DNA of 64,000 nucleotides from Bigelowiella natans CCMP2755 (Eukaryota > Protista > Cercozoa), in assembly GCA_000320545.1 (NCBI GenBank), contig ADNK01001576.1, positions 39,402 through 103,401 of the forward strand, in the 5' to 3' direction. Position 1 is the first letter of the stretch. Each line of letters opens with the position of its first letter. The notes under the pieces were generated by a model. The model made no database searches and was not told where the DNA came from. It was given only the letters and a program-made list of their open reading frames with translations. A program made the position numbers and the translations under genes. Positions 53,289 to 64,000 of this stretch are shown here, piece after piece.

Positions 53289-54808
53289 GTGTGTATATGT
53301 GTGCGTGATGCATGCTTGTAGGGTTATTATCTGATATAAACAATTAAAACGAGTGGGTTTAATCACGATTGCCAAGATGAATAAAAGCTTGCAACGTATT
53401 CTCACCATGGCCACCATTGCAAATAAAATACTCCGTCCGGCCCACCGATGAAAGGTAAGTGCGTAGCTCTTTTGTTTGTAGCCGATACGATGCAGTTGCG
53501 TGACGCTCCATTTTTGTAAAAGCACCATCGCTAATAGAAATACAGCGCAACCAGCATGCACATTGAGCAAGGTCTGGGGTAGGCCAGCACCTTCCTTTAG
53601 CTGCATTCGAAGGCCACTTTCGTTAGCTACGTGCGGATGGACCTTTGCCTGCTCGCCTCCCCCCCCCCTCACCATGCCAAAATATTTTCCAATGCCTAGA
53701 AAATACGATAGCGCGTAGAGGGTGAAGAAAGGGGCGAGGGCGTATTTAAGCCAACGATTGTACACGTCAGAAGCGTCAGCTGCAAGTTCAGATTCGACGA
53801 TATCAAGAGGAGGTTTCTCTCTACCAGCCTTCTCGATTTTAAGTAACGTCTGGATTTGAAAACTCCCCCAGCTGCTCACACCGCCAAAGAATGCATCGCC
53901 TCCTAACTGAAACCCCAGTACCTTCGTTATAGCTCTTTTAAGGAGAAGATACGCGACGTCTCTGTTGTCAATATAAATCGGGATATGACCCTGATCATTT
54001 TCGATATCGCCCTTTAATTCAAAGGACTTTCCTGGTTTAACTCCACAAATAACTTCCACGTCCTCTCTTACGATGCTTCCTTTGTGGTTTGAGGCTCTGA
54101 GCTTCCCGTTTTGAAACGTGAACATCAAGATGCATTCGCCACCAGCCTCGCATTCGACGATTAAACAGAAGTGCCCAGCGCTAAAGGCGGAACGAGTAGG
54201 ATTAAACAATATTTGAATGGAAAACGAGGTTTTGTTGGTCGCGGATATAGGCGGGTTCAAGAGCTTCTTTTCAGAAAATTCCACACGATTCATAGTAGGA
54301 TTCGATTTGTAGCGCAGCTCTAGTTGCAGCTTAGGTTGGTAGCATTGCCGAAAATTAAGCAGTGAGTTCCTATCACACGTTTTGTTATGAAATACACCGT
54401 CACGGGCGAGTAAGGGGATTTTGCGCTGAACAGTTTGATATCGTTTAATCTGGTGATTGCCAACCGCCCGGCGGAAGCGAGCTACGTGCCCCTTTTTATC
54501 GATTTTGCATTCAAGCAGCCATTTCAGCATCTCGGGCTCCTCCATGGTAAGCAGGAAAAGCGCGTTTTCATTCAGATAATATCCAGCGTTTCTGACGAAG
54601 GGCCCATAGCGCTCCAGCTGAGAATAAGTTGTTATTATAAGTCAGTTCGGTGTGGAAGGAGAAGGAGCAAAGGATGCGTTTTAAATGTCATAATTGAGAG
54701 ATTTTTAAGAACCTTTGCTTCATTTAAAATGTCACCAATGGACGTATGGCGGTGGGGCGGAGAGGGAGGGAGGGACGAATCACTGCTCGAAGCCCTCATA
54801 ATACTCAT
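52755..54808 (-). CDS. SAM-like domain + beta-rich domain + DUF2306-like multi-pass membrane domain; 3 exons
   Basis: Spliced MSIMRAS...IGDILNEAK|LERYGPFV...LFLLTMEE...LLECKIDKKGHVARFRRAV (SAM-like pattern). C-terminal TM helices carry conserved His (NVHAGC, FHRWAGR, LHRLFG). Introns at ~54624-54712 and 53154-53405. Confidence 0.7.
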
Positions 54809-55047
54809 AATAATGGAGTATCCACTTAGAAAGTCCCAAGGACTCTTCTGAACAGGTATAGTCTATTTGCAACCTGAAACCCTATAAAACTAACCGGGAA
54901 TCAGTTATTGCGACATGGAAAATTCGCAGATTTTATTTAATTTACTAGTTATAATAAACAATTCGCGAATATGGAGCTTCCGAAGATTTGAAATTCAGAC
55001 TTAAACGCCCTTTCAACAGCTAGCTAGCTAGTGTGCCACCCTCCTCG

Positions 55048-57397
55048 ATGCATCGTATCAGGCATTTTGCAAGATCGCTTTCTCTTGCTTCCATCACCGG
55101 GACGTCTGTTTTAGCTCTTGGGTATCGTTACCTGTCCAATTATGACAAAGATACGGAAGCGGGTGGGGTGGTTTAGGAGGGGATATCTCCATGATTTTGC
55201 GTACGACGTTAGTTTGATGAGAAAGGAAGGGTGGATGTGCACGTTCAAATAATATTTGGAATCTTTTTTTGTAGAAGCTGGACGACAGCTTTTGCTCGGA
55301 GCACATACCAGAAGGATATCGACGATAGCATTGATTGGAACCGAAACTGGGATGGTAAGAAGATTTTCCATTAATTTTGTAATTAAGTTCTTGAATCTAC
55401 GTCACTCGTATAACTGCAATGCGCCCAGGAAAGGATTCTAACGGGGCAAAGACTTCGCATACGTTCATTATGGTCCGCCACGGGTAACTTTGCCACGCAT
55501 TTAAGATTACGAGATGCCATGAAAACCTCTCTTCTTGTTCTTCTCGAAGAAGAAGTCGTCACTAGAAAATAGAAGAATCCAAACACGAGCCTCCAAGTGA
55601 AACAGATATAGAGTAATCACACGCCAACAGCCATCCCCTCTCTAGAGTCGATGTATCTTTGCACAGGCAATATGTGTACGGGAAGACCGACACCGAGAGG
55701 AAGCTTACTGAACTAGGTCGCAAGCAAGCTACAAGGACAGGAGAGCGACTCAAGGCGCTCGAAGAAAAAGGTGTACACATCTGTGCAACATAACCATATA
55801 GTTCATATGAAACGTGTCCATTACATACGAGCATCAGGGTAAAAATCTGCGATACTGTATTCTTAGTTCTTCACGTTAATACATACGTACGGCAACCTAT
55901 ACGAGTGACTAGCTTCTCTGATAAAAGCGTAATGGTTACACGCACCATCATTCTAGGTTTCATCCCTCCGATCAAGCACGTCGTGTATTCAACAATGACT
56001 AGAGCAACTGAAACGTGGGGAAAGACAAATGCAAGCCACCCATTCCAACCACCGAGCATGCGACATCATGCTTCATGAAAAGGGAGAGAGAAGGATTTAC
56101 ATGTATCTTGGTATAATTACAAGAACTGAATTTGTACTAGGCACGAGCTCATATCTGCAAAGCTCTCTCCCGAGATACCGCGGTCGTTAACCCCTAAAGG
56201 CGGTGCGGACAAGGCCCTCAGACGAATAGAGTGAGGAGACGAATTGCTCACACATACGCACCCAAACGCCCACACGGACGCAAAAACAAACAAACAAGCA
56301 CCGAACGGTCTGTTATCAATTGGTGAGTATTCGCTCGATTTAGCATACGGAAGTGGAAAAAGGGAGGGTGGGGCGCGAGGGAATTGGCTCTTGCACGCTG
56401 TAAAGTGTGCGTTTTGATATTCCCATTAAGGGCGTCTGACTTGATTCGTGAAGGAGCTGTGTGTCCCCCAATTCCTCCGCATCAGGTACGATGCTACATT
56501 GTACAAAATGACGATGGAATATTCGACAACACTTAAAATGATGATGATAGAGCAATCCACACCCCTTTTTTAAAAAAGCAATGAACGATTTATTCTCGTC
56601 CATCTGCTACTCGGCCTTTTAAAGCACATATCATCAAACTGAAGACATCAGGAAGGACTAATCAAATTTTGTCCAATATCTGTTCTTCGAAATGTGGAAG
56701 ATTTCTTTTACGACTAATAGAATCACTGTTCCCTCTCTTAACTAATACCGTCGTTTTTCATGTGGCGGACAATCCCCCCCCCTTTCTCCTTTCAGAATTG
56801 GAAGCCGACACCTGAGGCATTCGAGGAGGTGAGGCCGAGCCAGTAAACACGAAAACGATTAAAACAATATTTTTCATGGATCTTAAGGCAAGAATAGATG
56901 ACGACGCGCTCATCTGTCTTAAACTTAAGTTCATATAATCAATACAAAGACACTATAACGGCATGGTGCGGTTGGACGAAAGTGCGCAAATATTCCAATT
57001 CGGATCGATCTTTCTCACACGCCGTTGGTTTCGTTCAGGATGGAAATCGCATTGAGAAAGGCTTTAAATCGTACATGAAGAGAGCAAGTCCTGGTAGTAC
57101 TCAAGTGCTAGCTAAAAGTACATATATCTTTGATTTATTTCTTAATCTACTATATATATTTTCCTTAATATAAGCCGATAAAGAGCCTTACTCAACGCTC
57201 CTTGTTTGCCATGGGTCAGTCAGTAATCATTGCGGCAAACACAGATGCGTGCGAGCTGATTCATGAGTGTTGTATACATTTTTAATATTAAGAAATACCA
57301 GTTTGTATATGAAATATTTATATATTCTTGCGATTTAACTATAGATTGCTTAGCTAAAATCCAATATGTCATGTTTTTCCCTCAAATATATATTACC

Positions 57398-57443
<46 letters not shown>

Positions 57444-57488
57444 TAATAGATATAATATGCATATGTATATAAGTGTGTGTATATTATA

Positions 57489-57533
<45 letters not shown>

Positions 57534-57700
57534 CCATAATACTAGTGTTGTCTTGGGGCATATCTATATCTGTACTTCGTCGTTTTTTAGCTAAAATACC
57601 AGATCTAAGTTTGATTTTGATGCCGCACAGCAACGTCATTAGATACTTCATATTGAGGTGTTTGCAGCTGCCTCCAGAGCGCTGGTGGGATAACAACTTT

Positions 57701-57742
<42 letters not shown>

Positions 57743-58160
57743 AATATATATATCTGCTAACCGCAATGAAAACCTACTGCTTCAATAGGCTGAATCTTAC
57801 GGTCCACAATGCTTCGATGTGAGTGAATACACATGATGAAGACACACACGCTTTCACAGAATCGAGAAGTTGAAATAATCTTTTAATTCGCATCAACAGC
57901 GCAGCATGGGACAGTGGCGTTGGCTCGCTGCATCTTAGAAGAACTAGTTAGATTTGATGTATATTCCGTAGTTGATTTCCTAGATGCGTATTCTTCTATT
58001 TTATTCGTTTTGTAGCGTTCTAATCAGAAATCACCTGTTTTTGGCTTTTACGATTGATGTTACTAGCACGCTGATCAAAGTCAACCCCAGTGGCGACGTG
58101 AGCGTGAAGGCGGTAGGGGACGTCGGCCATTTTGACCCTGAGGACATCACATATGGGTGA
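55048..58160 (+). CDS. PGAM5: PGAM5-like mitochondrial Ser/Thr/His phosphatase (histidine phosphatase superfamily)
   Basis: N-terminal basic/hydrophobic leader, WNRNWD (WDxNWD motif), FIMVRHG|QY...LTELGRKQA...[23 protein letters not shown]|[22 protein letters not shown] and [11 protein letters not shown]...ITYG*. Confidence 0.9.
57398..57532. repeat. Long interrupted (TA)n array in a PGAM5 intron
   Basis: Directly visible in the sequence. Confidence 0.95.
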
Positions 58161-58207
58161 TGATCGATTATTTCGATCCTGAGGACATAACATATGGGCG
58201 ATGATCG
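58129..58207 (+). repeat. Imperfect 38-bp direct repeat of the PGAM5 C-terminal codons and stop
   Basis: attttgaccctgaggacatcacatatgggtgatgatcg (58129-58166) versus atttcgatcctgaggacataacatatgggcgatgatcg (58170-58207); four mismatches. Confidence 0.9.
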
Positions 58208-58259
58208 TGCTGTTTGCCACGCACGGCTCGATATATTCCGAAGCTAAGGGAGCAGCATT

Positions 58260-58780
58260 GGCAAAAGTCATGCTAGCGTGGTGCTATCGATGACCTACAG
58301 AATCCTGTATTTGTTAGTCATGCTAGCCAGCTAGCTAGCATGCGTGCATTCGAGCGGAGGCTGCATTACGAGATCATTCTAGCATTGCAGTTCTAGAGTT
58401 GTTTCTATGTTTTCATGCACGTAGGCTGGCACACATGCGCCAATCCTCTCATCATCACAAGTGCAATCTAGTCAATGTAGATGCGTGGGCCACGTTCATT
58501 GGATGTTATGAACAGTTTGAATACACTACATCAATCTTCGGGCGCCATGTAAACACACTTCATCGCCTAGATCACATTGCTAGATTGCAGCAGAGTAGGA
58601 CTATATGACTAGATTTCAATATGCTAGCATGGGCTGTGCAATGCGTAACGCGCATGCTAGCGTGGTTGTCACAGCAGCTGCACATATACCAGTCGCTGCA
58701 ACGCAAAACACACTGCCAAACGTGCAAACACCATATTCTTGTCTGTGAGCTTATGCATCATGCTAGTCACTGGATTAACC
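58260..58780. other. Intergenic spacer between convergent genes, partially TpA-depleted, with recurrent ATGCTAG
   Basis: atgctag at ~58270, 58320, 58621, 58654 and 58760. (CTAG)n at ~58331. Excess of catg/tgca/caca. Confidence 0.65.
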
Positions 58781-58860
58781 AATAAATGTGACGATAACTA
58801 CTGAAAATCTGAAAAATAAATGCCGCTTTATGTGGCTCTTTTAGCTGACACTTCTTCCCC

Positions 58861-59727
58861 CTATTTGCCGAAAGTGCCAGATTTTCTCGATTTTCGAGTT
58901 TCTTCATATCTGCGGTGGGAGATGCGAAGATGGCAATGTTGAAAAAAATAGATTTTAGGCATTTAGAATCTACAGTTTAAAGATAATGATCTAGCTAGCT
59001 AGTGATTGATGGCTGCGCCCCAATCATAATTCCAAGAGAAAATAAAGACTGCCCTGTTTTATATGATATCGTATCCTGTAATTTATATGTCCCTATTTCA
59101 TACCTTGATTCGATGTAGTTATATAGATCTGCTTTCTCAGCCATGCACTGAAGATATGGTGAATCTGGTATGCATGCACACAAGCACGCACAGTATAATG
59201 TATATAATATGTGAAGAAATTAATATACAACGTAATATTCAAAAACATGTTGATGAATTTTTGCATTTCTCGAAATAAAACTATTTCGTTGTTATTTGTC
59301 ACAGTGCATGATTTCATCTTAATCGTTCATCAATTGCTTGATTTTCCATCTTACCTCTCTTTTTTTCTCCCTTTCTCTTTCTCTCTTTCTCTCTCTCTCT
59401 TTCCTCTCTCTCTCTCTCCCTCTCTCTCTCTCCCCCATTCATGTCCCCTCACTCATTCTTTCCTCACGTTTCCTCGTTGTGTCTACAAATCTTATGGAAG
59501 CAATACCTTTCTTAAACGTCGAGTGTTTTTCCATTGACGAATGAATCTGGTTGACCACGTGCCTCAAGAAAAAGTTTGCTATGCGGCTAATACCAATATT
59601 TTAAGCGTGATGTGAGTAAATGCAAATTGCTAAATACAAGAGGGAAAATGGATGATAATGGAATTTGTCCTTAATGTAGCCATGGAGACCACTTTCGCGA
59701 TCGATGATATAAGGGTTATGCATGTAT

Positions 59728-59767
<40 letters not shown>

Positions 59768-62700
59768 ACACACAATACACACATAAAAAAACACACGTAT
59801 ATACTTTCTAAGCACAATTTACACATCAATACACCTCGGAAGATACGGTATATGTGGATTTAGGTTGAACATCACAGTCACGTGAGTTCTTTTGTTTCCA
59901 ACCTGCAATATTTTGGGGGGGGGGGGAGGGAGGGTAACCTCATAACTTAAAGCAAGTTGAGAATATATAATATTGAATTTCTTCTCCTTTGATATATCTA
60001 TTCGCTATTCATTGCAAATATATACGCAAAATATATTTATGGCTATTTGTGTGTGTGTGTGTGTATGTTTGTGTCTGTTTGTGTACGCGCATGGGTGCAT
60101 ATATCGAGTGAAAAGACAATATCTTATTACAGGGATAAGCTTAAAGCCGCCAACACTGATATCGACGCGAACTCTGTCCTGAAACATTCTTGATGAGATG
60201 ATGCATTGAGATATTGATAAATATGTAATAATGAAATATAGCATATATTTTATAATACGTGTGAAACTCATATGACAACTGTATATACCTCGGGGCATTT
60301 GCCTATATTGACCTTGGGATGCTCCGAAATTGAATGGCTAATGTGGGGGAGGGGGGGAGGGGGAGGAGGGGCGAATTATATATATATTATCATGTATAGA
60401 GCAAGTAGCAATGTCAACCAGCTCTGCACTAACGAGCATTTAATATTCCGGTTAAAAGCTACGAACGAAGCTCATGATCTAACTCTCGAGAACGGTGTAA
60501 AAACTGAAAGTAACCTTGAAATAACAACTCGGTTGTGTTCCATTACATCGTAACCTTTGCCGTCTATTATACATTCTCGAATCCGAAGAGGAAATGGCAT
60601 CTTCATCGTGGATTTAACAACCTGACATTTCGCTAGTTGAAAGAATCTGACGACGTGCTCCGAATGCCATAATATTTCCTCAAAGAAAACACAAAAACGG
60701 CGCAATATCTTAAAAGGAATATCACCAAACCTTGTGAAATCGACTCCCTGAGAAGACCTCTTCAGCACTCGCCATCATAGGAAACCTGGAATATGCCCTT
60801 TATTATTTACAATATCTTCTTCTTGCGTAACAACATCAGCGTATTCAATTTATTGATTTTATACACGCACAGCAGCTACCAGTTCGGGTAGAGATCTGTT
60901 TCGAGGAGGAGGGGAATGAGGTTGAGCATGGGGTTCCCTACGACGCCCATTACTTTGAAACTATAACTGTATTGAAGGCCATCTTACACATACAAACACA
61001 CTCACCGAAGGGCGCGCGTATTTTGAAATCATAATTCTTGTTGTTAAGATGGGAAAACATTTTCTACAGTGTAAGTATTGACGAACTACTGGCGTGGATA
61101 TGACTTGTAACGGAATCGTTTTTTATTATCTTTTTTTTCCTCTTCTGCAAATATTTCTCCATCTCCTTCTTTCCGCCACACACACTACATTATTCTGAAT
61201 ACTCTCATGCGAAGTACGTCTCGCTGTCCTTCTCCTCTTTCCAAAACGAAGAGATCTTCTTGCCACGGTGTGAAACTTCCCACCCCTCCTCCTGATACAT
61301 AACAGAAAGGCCGTGTGTTTTTTAGAAAGGAGGGTGTGTTTCACCAATAAGCCTTAGAATATCGAGCATTTGTCTACAAGCAACCAAAGCAGAAGGAATA
61401 GAGTGCCAAACACCAATAACTACCTATTGTTGTGGGCGAATTTGTGCTCATGTACTCTGTGTATGTTTTGTGTCTGTGTTGTTGTTATATACTACAGATT
61501 GGGGGTCACTCTACCAATTCAAGTTTACGCAAAAATTTTCGTGCACGTTCTGATTCTGCAATAATTTCCTTGATTCATGAGGTAAAATGCGGTCAATCAG
61601 TTGTTTTAGTGTTGTCCGATAACATCGATAATGGGGTCCCTCTTTAGGGATATGAATCGTGACATTAACGACGCAAACCTTAAAGATAGGATTACTATCC
61701 ATCATTTTTTGCAATATGGCGAGAGGCGAGCACGATTTCGCATCAGTGGCTGATGGGGGAAACATCGGGGAAAAGCATTTTCTTTTTTAAGTCATCAGAG
61801 CGTGCAAGTATTGGCTGCTGCTGATATAGTGATGATGATGATGATGATTCGTACACTTCTCCGACTTGTACGTTCTGATGAATTGCCGAAGCTTTTGAAT
61901 GCGTGAGGATGCCTGTGGTTGATATCGTAGTTTTTATATCTGTACTGTGCGTGCAGTATGTGGCGTGATTGCGCAATTCGCTGTTGCTGGGTCCATAGTA
62001 CCAGAAAGATTTTATCGTCTTTATGATCTTGTGCAGCATATGCCAGCTCCTCTTCTATCACCTTTCGAAAAGCGTGCCTACAACAGCCAACGGTATTAGC
62101 GTTTGGCAGCAGTAGGGAGTGTTTCTCATTCTTTCTAATCAATCCGTGCACTCATGCGTATGCTAAGTGCTTACTCCTCTTGCTCGACAGTCTTTTCTTT
62201 CCCCTCGGCTGCCTTGGCGTTGCTAGCAAGCTTCTCTCGGAAACGTTGATCTTCTTGTTCTGTTAGAGTAAATATCTCCTGCGAGTATAAAAATACGAGC
62301 AAGGTAGTGTGTGAAAAGAATTATCCGGTGTTTTTTGTTTCAGTTTTCTTGGGATATGGAAAGTGTTCTTCTTTCAATCAAATTAGTGGAGATCATAATT
62401 ACAGGAACGGGACAAGGAAGCTCGAATTCATGCTCTTCTTCAGCGTCGCTGTGTTTTTTCGAGTCAGACGTTGGCTCTGTTTCTTCGCCAATGCGAAGGA
62501 TTCGTGACAGAGATCGGAACATGCCTATACAACACCAGCATGGGACTTAGAAGTCAGCTAATGCGACCGTATTGTGGAGTAGTACGGGTATTTTTGAGAA
62601 AGAGCAGTCCCACCCCACAGAAAAGAAGTCTTCGTTCTCCTTCCTTAACCCTGCGAATTAGAGATGGGTTTTGAAACCGTGTTTTTGTAAAAACTCATAT

Positions 62701-62821
62701 GGTTTTTAACCTACGACAAGGATTGTGACGATATTTTCTTTGTAAAAAGAGGAATGCAATGGAAAGAGAGAACCCATGGCATAGAACCAAGTGCGACAAT
62801 GTAAGTTCCTATGAAATCCAT
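58861..62821 (-). CDS. START/SRPBCC lipid-binding domain protein; multi-exon, 5' end approximate
   Basis: Exons give EEGWEVSHRGKKISSFWK, VMGVVGNPMLNLIPLLLETDLYPNW, KMPFPLRIRECIIDGKGYD, RVRVDISVGGFKLIP, THVTVMFNLNPHIPYLP and MAEKADLYNYIESR|YEE...GK*. The order and motifs match a START fold. Confidence 0.7.
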
Positions 62822-63199
62822 AAAAGTGCGCTCCCGAACAAAAGCAACAATTGGCTTGGAGTCGACCGGATGGGGTTTTTTGGTCGGTAAAAATGTTGGT
62901 TTTCTTAACCGGAGAAACATCCCAAATATGCATATTTTCGAAGAAGGCAAATTGCGAACAGCGACTGTAAGGCCGACTACCTGATATCGCAGATTTTCGT
63001 AATTTTAGAAATTATTTTAAGCCGCATTTATCCTATTTATTGTCGCCTCAAATGTAGCAGAGCTCACCGACACTACACACCCCCAACGAAGCACAGCTGT
63101 GACCCCCCTACCTCCTCCCTCCCTGTCCCTGGGCCTCTTCTTCGAAGTAACTTTCAACGTCTTTCACCAATTTAAACCGATTACTGACGTAATGTTTAC

Positions 63200-64000
<801 letters not shown>

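Noticed and set aside
28052-58160. Two histidine-phosphatase-superfamily genes (dPGM and PGAM5) as a functional cluster or tandem duplication
   Set aside because: They belong to different subfamilies, lie over 20 kb apart and have unrelated genes between them.
54924-62997. Shared 11-mer tcgcagatttt in two divergent promoters (54924, 62987)
   Set aside because: Only two promoter instances, and its reverse complement also occurs in an intron (55841-55851). Insufficient support.

Overview
Intron-rich eukaryotic nuclear DNA, probably from a protist or alga. A bipartite plastid-type leader on one gene hints at a complex-plastid alga such as a chlorarachniophyte; this is inference only. About 11-12 spliced genes can be reconstructed by eye: mRNA guanylyltransferase (-), ATP4/ENA-like P-type ATPase (-), MAPEG/MGST3 (-), a formin with MSP-like and PH-like domains (+), cofactor-dependent phosphoglycerate mutase (-), ASNSD1 (+), PP2C (-), an unknown gene (+), a SAM/DUF2306-like membrane protein (-), PGAM5 (+), a START-domain protein (-) and a possible partial gene at the right end. 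Most of the ORF track is spurious (introns, microsatellites, antisense frames). The most striking signal is non-coding. The spacers downstream of gene 3' ends (strongest at 5.7-6.8 kb and 12.1-13.7 kb, weaker at 27.3-28.0, 52.25-52.75 and 58.26-58.78 kb) are almost purged of TpA except in CTAG, are rich in CpA/TpG, and keep their CpG. Introns, in contrast, carry long intact (TA)n arrays. This looks like the footprint of a region-targeted TpA->CpA/TpG hypermutation process, opposite in direction to fungal RIP. Gene boundaries and counts are manual and approximate.
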